DNA of 64,000 nucleotides from an uncultured Actinomycetes bacterium. Its GTDB lineage: Bacteria > Actinomycetota > UBA4738 > HRBIN12. A program made the translations under genes and the position numbers. Of the stretch, positions 9,474-18,315 are shown piece by piece. The stretch is taken from contig CAWBOB010000007.1 of assembly GCA_963790335.1 (NCBI GenBank), forward strand, positions 161,069 through 225,068. The letters run 5' to 3'. The notes beneath the pieces were generated by a model. It saw nothing but the letters and a program-made list of their open reading frames with translations. It was not told the DNA's origin and searched no databases. How positions within the stretch are numbered: the stretch's first letter is position 1; every line of letters starts with the position of its first letter.

Positions 9474-10373
9474 CTACGCCGCGGCGCCCGCTCCGGTCCA
9501 GCCGTCGGCCGGACGTTCGAACCACACGTGCACCTGGCCGGTGCCGACGGATGCCTCGTAGTCGCTGAACTGCTCACCCGGCGCCTGACACCTCGCGCCG
9601 CCGATCGCCGACGCCATCATGAGGTAGTGGCCGAAATGCCCCTCGGGCGCGGCCTTCCGGTACTCGGGCATGCGGTCGATGATGCCCGCGTGATCGCCCT
9701 CGCGCATCATGGCGAGCACGCGCTGGTCGGCCTCGTAGCTCTCGAGCCCCAAGATGTTCTCGGGGGCTTTCGAGCTCTCGTGCTGGCGCAGTTCCCGGAA
9801 CGGGAAGAACCGGTGCGTCATGCCGCCCGACGCCAGCAGCACGACGCGACGGTCGCTCTGCGCGATCGCGTCGCCGATCAGCGAGCCGAACAGCAAGAAG
9901 TCCTCGGTGGTACAGCACTGGTTCAGCGCCACGCTGATCCACCGCGTGGTCGCGTCGCCGAGGAAGGTCCACACGTTGACCGTGCCGTAGAAGATCGGCA
10001 GGAAGGGGTCGTCGCACGCGAGGATCCAGCAATCGTCGCGGCCGTCGGCCTGCTGAGCGATGAGCCTCGCGAGCTCGGGGTCGCCCGGCATGTCGTATGG
10101 GATCTGACGCATCCCCCGCGGAAGCTCGTGGCTCGTGAACGTGCCGGTGCGGCGATCATGGGCGGTCACGATGTGCTCGAACGTGGATTCCCAGTGGGTG
10201 TCGAACACGATGACGGTGTCGGGCTGCAGCCGGTCGAGGCACGCTTCCTTGAGGCGATGCAGGCCCGGCACGAGCGTGATCTCGTTGCCGTCGTTGATCT
10301 CCCGGCGTGTCTCCTCGGGCAGCATGATGGTGGGAACGTGGGCCACCAGGGCCGCGCCGACGACTTCACCCAT
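9474..10373 (-). CDS. hpaD: Class III (LigB-type) extradiol ring-cleavage dioxygenase, HpaD/HpcB-like
   Basis: 299-aa ORF. Segments VFDTHW, LASGGMTHRF and SVGTGQV resemble E. coli homoprotocatechuate 2,3-dioxygenase as I remember it. It lies 16 nt downstream of the HpaE-like gene. Confidence 0.7.
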   Translation of the reverse strand: MGEVVGAALVAHVPTIMLPEETRREINDGNEITLVPGLHRLKEACLDRLQPDTVIVFDTHWESTFEHIVTAHDRRTGTFTSHELPRGMRQIPYDMPGDPELARLIAQQADGRDDCWILACDDPFLPIFYGTVNVWTFLGDATTRWISVALNQCCTTEDFLLFGSLIGDAIAQSDRRVVLLASGGMTHRFFPFRELRQHESSKAPENILGLESYEADQRVLAMMREGDHAGIIDRMPEYRKAAPEGHFGHYLMMASAIGGARCQAPGEQFSDYEASVGTGQVHVWFERPADGWTGAGAAA

Positions 10374-10388
10374 CTCGATCGTCTCCTC

Positions 10389-11844
10389 TCAGGTCCACGG
10401 TGCGGTGCAGACGTTCTTCACGTCGGCGTAGAAATCGAAGCTCCACGGACCGCCCTCGCGCCCGATGCCCGAGCCGCGCGCTCCGCCGAACGGCGCGGCG
10501 AGATCGCGCACGAAGAAGCAGTTCACCCAGACGGTGCCGGCGACGAGCCGTGCGCTCACCCGCTCGGCACGCGCCTCGTCGCCGGTGTACACGATCGCCG
10601 CGAGCCCGTAGTCGGTCGAGTTCGCGAGGGCGACGGCCTCGTCCTCGTCGTCGAACGCCTGCAGGGTGAGCACGGGCCCGAAGACCTCCTGCGTGAGGAT
10701 CTCCGAGCCCTCGGGTGCATCGGTGAACAGCGTCGGCCGGTAGTAGAGACCTCCCAGGTCGTCGTTCGGGCCACCGCCGAACACGGTGGTGGCGCCATCG
10801 TGCCGGGCGCGTCGAACGAAGCCGTCGACGCGATCGAAGTGCTCGCGTGTGATCTGCGGGCCGATGTCGGTCGCCTCGTCGCGCGGGTCGCCCTGCACGA
10901 TCGCGGCCACCGCATCGGTGAACCGCTCGAGGAACGCGTCGTGCATGCTGCGCTCCACGATCAGGCGTGTCCCTGCCAGACAGACCTGGCCGGCGTTATC
11001 GAACTGGTTCACGGCCTGTTTCACGACCGCATCGAGATCGGCGTCGGCGAACGCGACGAACGGCGACTTGCCACCGAGCTCGAGCGAGATCGGCGTGAGG
11101 TTCGCAGCGGCAGACTGCAGCGACGAGCTTCCCGGTCGGGATGCTCCCGGTGAAGGCGATGCGGTCGACGCCGGGGTGCGCGGTGAGGGCGGCGCCGGCT
11201 TCCTCACCGATGCCCTGCACGACGTTGAACGCCCCGTCGGGAACGCCGGCATCGCGCACGATCTCCGCGAGCATCGACGCGGTGAGTGGCGCCCACTCCG
11301 GGGGTTTGAGGATCACCGGGTTCCCGGCGGCGAGCGCGGGCGCCACGCGCCACGTCGCCAGCATCAACGGCGCGTTCCACGGTGTGATCACGGCCGTGAC
11401 CCCGCTCGGATCCCATGCCACGCGCTCAGCGAACCCGTCGTAGTCCTTCACCCCGGTCTCGAGCGCGAGCAGCTGGTCGGCGAAGAACCGGAAGTTCCGC
11501 GCGACCCGCGGCATGACGGAGGTGCGCATCGACCGGAGCAGCGAGCCGTTGTCGCGAGTCTCGACCGCAGCCAGCTCGGCCACGCGCGCCTCGACCCCAT
11601 CGGCGATCCGGTGCACGGCCTCGGCGCGCTCTTTCGGCGGCATCGAGCCCCACGTGTCGATCGCCGCACGGGCAGCGGCGACCGCCTGGTCGACCTCGCC
11701 GGCGCCTCCGCGTGCGACCTCGGCGATCGGCTCCTCGTCGATCGGCGAGACGTCGATGAACCTGTGACTTGAGGGAACCCGCTCGCCACCGATCCAGTGC
11801 TCGGTCGAGACCTCGATGCCTTCAACGACGGCGTCGCTCGTCGT
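10389..11844 (-). pseudogene. hpaE: Aldehyde dehydrogenase, HpaE-like (5-carboxymethyl-2-hydroxymuconate semialdehyde dehydrogenase type); frameshifted and without a canonical start
   Basis: The N-terminal half is in ORF 10996..11643 (...ITPWNAPLMLATWRVAPALAAGN...IAFTGSIPTGK). The C-terminal half is in ORF 10389..11252 (LELGGKSP...EVFGPV...GREGGPWSFDFYADVKNVC). The frame switch is near 11120-11130. The upstream in-frame region back to TGA 11860-11862 has no ATG/GTG/TTG. An ACG at 11842-11844 sits after SD gggagggg. Confidence 0.75.
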
Positions 11845-11891
11845 GCTCCCCTCCCGAGATCAGAGAACGCCCGCAGGTCGTTCGTTCCCGA

Positions 11892-11921
11892 ACGGTATGG
11901 GCGTCAGTGAAGCCTTGTCAA
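11892..11921 (-). promoter_or_regulatory. Candidate sigma-70-type promoter for the hpaE-like operon
   Basis: Minus strand reads TTGACA (rc 11916-11921), 18 nt, TACCGT (rc 11892-11897, TAnnnT type). It lies in the 95-bp gap after pepN. Confidence 0.35.
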
Positions 11922-11939
11922 GCCGAGTCGCTCACGCGA

Positions 11940-14465
11940 TCACTTCGCGAAGTAGGCCTCGAGGTCGGGCGTGGCGCGCTCCCGCAGGGCGGCGGCGATC
12001 CGCTGACGTTCCAGGAGCTGCTCGAGCATCTTCGCGGACTGCGGGATCGGATGCTCGGCGAAGAACGCTTGGACATCGGCGACCTGTTCGGGCGTCGTGA
12101 GGTAACGGGCACCTTCCGCGAGGCGAATCGTGAGCTGCGACGGGAAGTGTTCCTGCGTCTCGTCCCACCGGTCGCGCAGGCTCGCCCACGCGCGGTCGCC
12201 GAGGTCTCGGTTCGTCATCGCGTAGGAGAAGACGAACGGCGCATCCTGGGTGCGGATGTCCTCGCCGAGCGTCGCTTCGAGCGTGCGATCGAGCAGCGCC
12301 TGATCGCGGAACAGCGGCAGCGCGAACAGGTAGCGGTAGCGCTCCTGCGGTGTCGGCGAGTCGCGGTAGGCGGACCAGAAGTGCTCGTAGTCGGTCGCAT
12401 CGCCGTTGAACGCCACGACGTTCACCGCGGCGGCGGCGAGCGCGGCGTCGACCGGCTTCCCGGCACGGGATTCGGTCTCGAACTCACGCGCTGCGGCTTC
12501 GGCGTTCGGATCGGCGCCGAGCACGCCGAGACCCTGCAGCAGGGCGCCGCGGAGCGCCCGGATGCGATCGGGCTCGTCGGCGTCGGCTTCCCACCCGAGC
12601 CGGTCCATCGCCGGCGCGACCAGTCTGCGCACCACGGTCCGCAGACGTTCCCGCGGCTCGCCGTCGAGGAACCGATCGCACCAGCCGAGGCCCTGCAACA
12701 GCACCTGCCACACGGCGAGGTCGTCCTCGTGCTCGTATAGCAAGGCGGCGGCCACGAACTCCGAAGCAGTCGCGGCACCCGAGGTGACCGCTGCCCAGTG
12801 GTCGTCGACGAGACCGTACCGCTCGAGCGGCGAGAGCTCGGCGAGCCGTCCGGTGAGTCGATCGAGCAGGCCACCCTGGTACCGAACACGCACGAAGCTG
12901 CTGGCACCGGCGTTGACGACCACGGCGGCCTGCTCGCCGAGCGGCAGAGTCGTCCCGTCCGCCGGCACCAGCACCGACGTCTCGTCCCCGTCGAGTGCCC
13001 GCACGCGCAGCGGCACGTCCCAGACCGCATGATCGGTGCCGCCGTCGGCGAGGAACCGCTGCTGGTCGATCACGACCCCGTCGCCGGAAGGGCTCGCGGT
13101 GAGCAGCGGATAGCCGCCCTGCCAGATCCATTGGTCCATGATGCGGCGGACCGGCTCGCCGCTCGATTCCTCGATGGCATGCCACAGGTCGTGCGTCTCG
13201 GTATTGCCGTAGGCGTGTCGGCCCAGGTACAGCCGGATGCCGTCGCGGAACCGTTCCGCACCGAGGTAGCGCTCGAGCATGCGCAGGATGGCGGCGCCCT
13301 TCTGATAGGTCAGCACGTCGAACATGCCCGACGCGTCGTCTGGCGAGTGCACCGGATACTCGATCGCACGCGTGGAGCGCAGCGCGTCGACCTCCTTGGC
13401 CGCGGTGTTGTAGCGCCCGAACGAGGTCCAGCGTTCCCAATCGGGACGCCACGCGTCGACGGTGAGCAAGGCCATGAAGGTCGCGAAGGCCTCGTTCAGC
13501 CAGATGCCGTTCCACCACCGCATCGTGACGAGGTTGCCGAACCACTGGTGGGCGAGTTCGTGCGCGACCACGTCGGCGATGTTCTCGAGCTCCGGCTGGG
13601 TCGCGTGCTCGGGGTCGACGAGCAACAGGGACTCCCGGTACGTGACGAGCCCGGTGTTCTCCATCGCCCCCTGGGCGAAGTCGGGCATCGCCACGAAGTC
13701 GACCTTGCGATCGGGATACGGGATGCCGTAGTAGTCGGTGAAGAACCGCAGTGCGAACGCTCCCGCATCGAGCGCGAACCTCGCGAGGTGTCCCTTGCCG
13801 GGGAGATGCACCACGCGCAACGGCACCCCGTCGACGTCGATCGGCTCGGTGATCTCCAAGCGGCCGACGACGAACGCCACCAGGTAGGTCGACATCGACA
13901 TCGTGTCGGCGAACCGCACGCGTTGGCGGCCGTCGGGCAGCGTGATGCGCTCGACCTCCGGACCGTTCGAGAGCGCGACGACGCCGTTCGGCACGATCAG
14001 CGTGATGCCGAACACCGCCTTGAGATCCGGCTCGTCCCAACAGGGGAAGGCTCGACGGGCGTCGGCCGCCTCGAACTGGGTCGTGGCGATCGTGTGGGTG
14101 CCCTCGTCGTCGGCGTAGGTCGAGCGATAGAAGCCGTGGAGCTGATCGTTGAGGTCGCCGCGGAACGACAACGCGAGCGTCCACGCACCCGCGGCGGCCG
14201 GCGTGGCGAGCGTCAGGGTGGCGCGCTGCAGCTCCTCGTCGAGCGTGATGTCGGAGACGTCGATCTGCGCGCCGCCATCGCGGTGCAGCGTCGCGGAATC
14301 GATCGAGAGCTCGAGCGCGTTGATGACGATCTCGTCGACCCGCTCGTGCACGTCCACCGACACCTCGGCGCTCCCGATGAACGTCGCCGCGTCGAGGTCG
14401 GGCTCGAGCACGAGGTCGTACCTGGCGGGCACCACCGCGCGAGGGAGCCGGTACCGATCCTGCAT
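11940..14465 (-). CDS. pepN: Aminopeptidase N (M1 family)
   Basis: 841 aa. Motifs GAMENTG and HELAHQWFGNLVTMRWWNGIWLNEAFA (HExxH-x18-E). Confidence 0.93.
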   Translation of the reverse strand: MQDRYRLPRAVVPARYDLVLEPDLDAATFIGSAEVSVDVHERVDEIVINALELSIDSATLHRDGGAQIDVSDITLDEELQRATLTLATPAAAGAWTLALSFRGDLNDQLHGFYRSTYADDEGTHTIATTQFEAADARRAFPCWDEPDLKAVFGITLIVPNGVVALSNGPEVERITLPDGRQRVRFADTMSMSTYLVAFVVGRLEITEPIDVDGVPLRVVHLPGKGHLARFALDAGAFALRFFTDYYGIPYPDRKVDFVAMPDFAQGAMENTGLVTYRESLLLVDPEHATQPELENIADVVAHELAHQWFGNLVTMRWWNGIWLNEAFATFMALLTVDAWRPDWERWTSFGRYNTAAKEVDALRSTRAIEYPVHSPDDASGMFDVLTYQKGAAILRMLERYLGAERFRDGIRLYLGRHAYGNTETHDLWHAIEESSGEPVRRIMDQWIWQGGYPLLTASPSGDGVVIDQQRFLADGGTDHAVWDVPLRVRALDGDETSVLVPADGTTLPLGEQAAVVVNAGASSFVRVRYQGGLLDRLTGRLAELSPLERYGLVDDHWAAVTSGAATASEFVAAALLYEHEDDLAVWQVLLQGLGWCDRFLDGEPRERLRTVVRRLVAPAMDRLGWEADADEPDRIRALRGALLQGLGVLGADPNAEAAAREFETESRAGKPVDAALAAAAVNVVAFNGDATDYEHFWSAYRDSPTPQERYRYLFALPLFRDQALLDRTLEATLGEDIRTQDAPFVFSYAMTNRDLGDRAWASLRDRWDETQEHFPSQLTIRLAEGARYLTTPEQVADVQAFFAEHPIPQSAKMLEQLLERQRIAAALRERATPDLEAYFAK

Positions 14466-14504
14466 GGTGCCGGGGCCTATCGCGCGTGCCGGCTCGGCCG
14501 GCCG

Positions 14505-15431
14505 TCAGTCATCGACGTAGGTGAGCCACTCGGCGTAGCTCGGGTCGTCGCCCTTGGTGGCGGCGAAGAACGCGTCCTGCAGCGCCTTGGTCACGGGGCC
14601 GCGGTGCCCCGCACCCACCGTGCGGTCGTCCACCTCCCTGATCGGGGTGATCTCGGCCGCCGTGCCCGTGAAGAACACCTCGTCGGCCGTGTACAGGTCA
14701 GTGCGCACGAGGTTCTGCTCGACGACCGGGAACCCGAGGTCGCGCGAGATCGTCATGACCGCGTTCCGCGTGACCCCGGCCAGGCATCCGTGGCTCGTCG
14801 GCGGCGTCACGAGGCTGCCCCCGTTCACGACGAAGATGTTCTCGCCCGAGCCCTCGGTGACGTACCCGTCTGCGTTGAGCAGCACCGCCTCGTCGTGACC
14901 CGACTTGATCGCGTCGACCTTCGCGAGGATCGACCCGAGGTAGCCGCCCGTCGCCTTCGCTGCCGAAGGAAGCGAGTTCTGGTCGTGACGGCGCCAGGAG
15001 CTGATCTTCACGCGCACGCCTTGCTCGAGGGCCTCGTCGCCGAGGTACGCACCCCAGGGCCAGACGGCGATCGAGACGTCGACCGGGTTCGCGAGCGGAC
15101 TGACCCCCATCTCGCCGTACCCCCGGAACGCGATCGGCCGGATGTAGCACGACTGCAGCCCGTTGGCCCGGATCGTCTCCTTCACCGCGTCGACGAGCTC
15201 CGCCTTCGAGTACGGGAGCTCCATGAAGTAGATCGCCGCGGAGCTGTACATGCGGTCGAGGTGTGCGTCGAGGTGCCACACCGCAGGCCCGCGCGAGGTC
15301 TCGTACGCCCGGATGCCCTCGAACACGCCGCTTCCGTAGTGCAGCGCGTGACTCAACACGTGCACCTTGGCTTCGTGCCAGGGCACGAGCTCGCCGTTCA
15401 TCCAGATCGTCTCGACCTCGGTGATCGGCAC
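14505..15431 (-). CDS. ilvE: Branched-chain amino acid aminotransferase (class IV)
   Basis: 308 aa. HALHYGSGVFEGIRAY..., typical IlvE length. GTG start lies 6 nt after SD gaggagg. Confidence 0.9.
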   Translation of the reverse strand: MPITEVETIWMNGELVPWHEAKVHVLSHALHYGSGVFEGIRAYETSRGPAVWHLDAHLDRMYSSAAIYFMELPYSKAELVDAVKETIRANGLQSCYIRPIAFRGYGEMGVSPLANPVDVSIAVWPWGAYLGDEALEQGVRVKISSWRRHDQNSLPSAAKATGGYLGSILAKVDAIKSGHDEAVLLNADGYVTEGSGENIFVVNGGSLVTPPTSHGCLAGVTRNAVMTISRDLGFPVVEQNLVRTDLYTADEVFFTGTAAEITPIREVDDRTVGAGHRGPVTKALQDAFFAATKGDDPSYAEWLTYVDD

Positions 15432-15460
15432 GCGGAACCTCCTCGATCGGTGGCGCCGAG

Positions 15461-15516
15461 GCGCGAGGCGCGACGGCGGCGAGGCTCAAGGATACCGGCG
15501 TCGCGGGCGCCTCGCG
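15461..15516. repeat. Long GC-rich imperfect inverted repeat (9+5 bp stem, 4-nt bulge, 23-nt loop) in the ilvE divergent intergenic region
   Basis: Left arm gcgcgaggcgcgacg (15461-15475). Right arm cgtcgcgggcgcctcgcg (15499-15516). Confidence 0.4.
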
Positions 15517-15520
15517 AGGG

Positions 15521-15940
15521 GTGTGGAGGAGCCTCGGGCAGGGTACCGTGACGGCCATGACCGGTCGCAATCAGTTCACGCCGAGCGAAGGGCCCTCGCC
15601 GACCGATGTGGATCGAGACCCTGGGGAAGCGCTCGAGGACATGATCAGCAACATGGACCGGTACGAGGGCGCCGACGACGACACGACGGCGTCCGAGCAG
15701 CGCGACGGCGACACGATCGACGATCGCACCCGCCGGGAGCAGCCGCAGCGCGTTCGCAGGAACACGAGCGTGGATCTGGTCGACGACGGTGGCGACGACG
15801 ACGGGGTCGACCGCGAGAAGGACCTCGTGGCCGAGACCGATCCGATCGACGGGCCGCTCGCGCCCGAGCTCGCCGCGATGCACGTTCGCGACGACGCCCC
15901 CGGCGTGGTCGACCACCCCGACGACTACGTCGACGAGTGA
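15521..15940 (+). CDS. Acidic hypothetical protein (DUF5709-like); start uncertain (15521, 15548 or ATG 15557)
   Basis: 139-aa ORF, very Asp/Glu-rich. The C-terminal APELAAMHV motif resembles DUF5709 from memory. Confidence 0.5.
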   Translation: MWRSLGQGTVTAMTGRNQFTPSEGPSPTDVDRDPGEALEDMISNMDRYEGADDDTTASEQRDGDTIDDRTRREQPQRVRRNTSVDLVDDGGDDDGVDREKDLVAETDPIDGPLAPELAAMHVRDDAPGVVDHPDDYVDE

Positions 15941-15950
15941 CCCGGCCCGC

Positions 15951-16730
15951 TCAGGCCAGCTGATAGACGGCGAACGTCCACTCGAACGTCTCCCGCGGCA
16001 CCCGTTCCAGCGGCCCCCACCGCGACTCCGCCCATAATCGCGCCGCTCGAGCGGCATCACCCCGCACGGCGTCGTCGGCGACGGCCCACGTCCAGGAGAA
16101 GCGGTTCGCCTCGACCGCTCGCATGAAGGTCTCGAGATCGTCGCGGTCGCGCTCGGCGAGGGTGATGTCGGCTTCCTTGCCCGCGCCGAAGGCGCCCATC
16201 AAGTCGTCGAGCTCCTCGACGCCGTCCCACGTCAGACCCACGGGCTCCGTCGAGACACCGGTGATCTCGGCGAAGCGAGCCTGGATCTCAGATCGCAGGC
16301 CTCCGTACGAGCCGAGCGCGGCCAGGAACCGGCCCCCGGGTGCGACGACCCGGGTGATCTCGGTCACCGCCGACTTCCAGTCGGGGATCAGGTGCAGCAC
16401 CCATCGCAGGTACGCACCGCCGAACACGGCGTCGCCGAAGGGCATGCGGGTGGCATCACCTTCGATCAGCGGGAATGGCGGAGCGCCGCCGGCCTTGCCC
16501 ACCAGCTTCGACAGCATCGGACGTGAGAGGTCGAGCCCGACGACGGCGACACCTGCCGCGGCCAGCGGCATCGCCACCTGGCCGGTTCCCACACCGACCT
16601 CGAGGATCGGCCCTGCGCCCCGGAACGCGTCCGACAACGCCTCGGTGGTGCGTCGGACGCCGTCGACCGAGAGGCCTCTCGTCTCGTCGTAGTAGTCCGC
16701 CGCGCGGTCGAACGCGATCGAGTCGCTCAT
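15951..16730 (-). CDS. Class I SAM-dependent methyltransferase
   Basis: 259 aa. SAM motif ILEVGVGTGQVAMPLA, VVGLDLSRPML, and a VAPGGRF post-I/II pattern. 4-nt overlap with the upstream oxygenase-like gene. Confidence 0.85.
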   Translation of the reverse strand: MSDSIAFDRAADYYDETRGLSVDGVRRTTEALSDAFRGAGPILEVGVGTGQVAMPLAAAGVAVVGLDLSRPMLSKLVGKAGGAPPFPLIEGDATRMPFGDAVFGGAYLRWVLHLIPDWKSAVTEITRVVAPGGRFLAALGSYGGLRSEIQARFAEITGVSTEPVGLTWDGVEELDDLMGAFGAGKEADITLAERDRDDLETFMRAVEANRFSWTWAVADDAVRGDAARAARLWAESRWGPLERVPRETFEWTFAVYQLA

Positions 16731-17719
16731 GCGCCGTGCAGCAGCTCACGGCGGGGGTACGCCGTGGACGCCGGCATGACCGGCCGGCCCGGCACGTCAC
16801 CCCGGAGGTATCCGTCGGCGATCATGGCGACCTGCATGTACACGCCGCCTTCCCACGCCGTCGACATCGGTCCGGGGCGGTGTCCCCTCGAGGCCGCCGC
16901 GCGCTGCAGCGATTCGCACGCCGCCCAGTCCTCGCGGTTCGTGACGTCCCAGAACTCCACCGCGTACGCAGGGTCGAACCCGTCGAGCTCGAGCGCCTCC
17001 GGCGGGAAGAGCCACTCGCACTCGACGAAGGTGCGGTCCGGCTCGAGCGGCTCCAGGCGGTGCGTGAGCACGTAGTCCGGGTGTGGGCTGATCAGCAGGT
17101 TCGGGAAGACGCCGAAGTATCCGACCTCGCGCCGCTGGTGCTCCTGCAGGCCCGGGATGGGCACGCCGTGGGACCTGCCGTCGAGCGACATCGTCTCGAC
17201 GCCTTCGAACAGGTCCATCGGACCCGCGACGAACAATCCCTGGATGTCGATCGAGTAGCCGCTGTCGGGAGGGGTGACCTTGCACAGCGCCGGATGGATC
17301 TCGGAGCAGTGGTAGCACTCCTGGTAGTTCTCGTGGATGAGCTTCCAGTTCGCCGCGACCTCGTACCCATGACGCGCAGCGACCACGAGGCGTTCGGGCT
17401 CCCATGGGGCGAGGTGCTCCCAGAGGTTGCCGAACTGCTCCTCAGGGCCGGTGCCGTCGTCGTCTCGTCGTGCGAACACCCAACCGCACCGCTCGATCTG
17501 ACCTGCGGAGCGCCGGTGCGTGCCGGCGCGCCCGAGACAGACCCACGACCGATCGAAGAACCGCTCTCGCTCCCAGGCGAGCACCTCGCGCGAGACATAT
17601 GCCTCGCCCGGCAGCCCGTTGCTCAGCCCGAACGCGGCGCCACTCCGTTCGATGGCATCACGCTCCAGGGGCACCGTGGTCATGCGCACAGCATCGCTGC
17701 CCCGAGGGTGGGTGGGCAA
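16727..17719 (-). CDS. Rieske-oxygenase alpha-subunit catalytic domain protein lacking the Rieske [2Fe-2S] domain
   Basis: 330 aa. The catalytic-domain signature NWKLIHENYQECYHCSEIHP (H-x4-H iron ligands) is present. The N-terminal ~95 aa have no CxH...CxxH. An alternative start is ATG 17683. Confidence 0.7.
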   Translation of the reverse strand: MPTHPRGSDAVRMTTVPLERDAIERSGAAFGLSNGLPGEAYVSREVLAWERERFFDRSWVCLGRAGTHRRSAGQIERCGWVFARRDDDGTGPEEQFGNLWEHLAPWEPERLVVAARHGYEVAANWKLIHENYQECYHCSEIHPALCKVTPPDSGYSIDIQGLFVAGPMDLFEGVETMSLDGRSHGVPIPGLQEHQRREVGYFGVFPNLLISPHPDYVLTHRLEPLEPDRTFVECEWLFPPEALELDGFDPAYAVEFWDVTNREDWAACESLQRAAASRGHRPGPMSTAWEGGVYMQVAMIADGYLRGDVPGRPVMPASTAYPRRELLHGA

Positions 17720-17729
17720 GTCGGCTCGC

Positions 17730-18272
17730 TCAGTTCATCGACGGATCGCGGGGCATGAGGCGCAACATGTCGTATCCCCGACCGAGGCGGCGAAGCACGT
17801 CGTCCCAGAGCCGCACCGGATCCTGGTGGAAGACGTCGTCGGGGAGCGCGGGTGCGACGACCCACGAATCCTCCTCGAGCTCGCCTTCGAGCTGGCCAGG
17901 ACCCCACCCGGCGTATCCCGCATAGACCCGGGCACGGCTGATCGCCTCGGAGATGCCATCGTCTGCGTCCGGCGGGAGGAACCCGATCGACCCGAGAGCG
18001 ATCACCTGAGCCCTCGACGGATCGAGGAAATCGGCCAGCACGACGACGGAGGCAGGTTCCACCGGACCACCGTCGAACAGGGGTTCCTCCGGGGTGACGA
18101 GTCCGCCGAGCGGCGGCACCGCCTCTCGCACGGTGACACCCAGAGGCTGGTTCAGCACGACCCCGATCGCCCCCTCGTCGTCATGGTGGCCGATGAGCAG
18201 CACCGTACGACGGAAGTTGGGGTCGAACAGGTTCGCGCTGGAGATCAGCAACTGACCGGTGAGTGGTTCCAC
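17730..18272 (-). CDS. YqgE/AlgH family protein
   Basis: 180 aa. LLISSANLFDPNFRRTVLLIGHHDDEGAIGVVLNQP is typical of UPF0301/YqgE. Confidence 0.85.
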   Translation of the reverse strand: MEPLTGQLLISSANLFDPNFRRTVLLIGHHDDEGAIGVVLNQPLGVTVREAVPPLGGLVTPEEPLFDGGPVEPASVVVLADFLDPSRAQVIALGSIGFLPPDADDGISEAISRARVYAGYAGWGPGQLEGELEEDSWVVAPALPDDVFHQDPVRLWDDVLRRLGRGYDMLRLMPRDPSMN

Positions 18273-18315
18273 CGCTCCATCATGCCGCGTGGAGCAGAGG
18301 AGCGTGGCGGCCTCT

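Noticed and set aside
12798-15551. 917-aa plus-strand ORF
   Set aside because: It is antisense to pepN and ilvE, which have unambiguous motifs. Its translation is Arg/Gly/His/Asp-rich with no motif. Long stop-free antisense frames are expected at this GC content.
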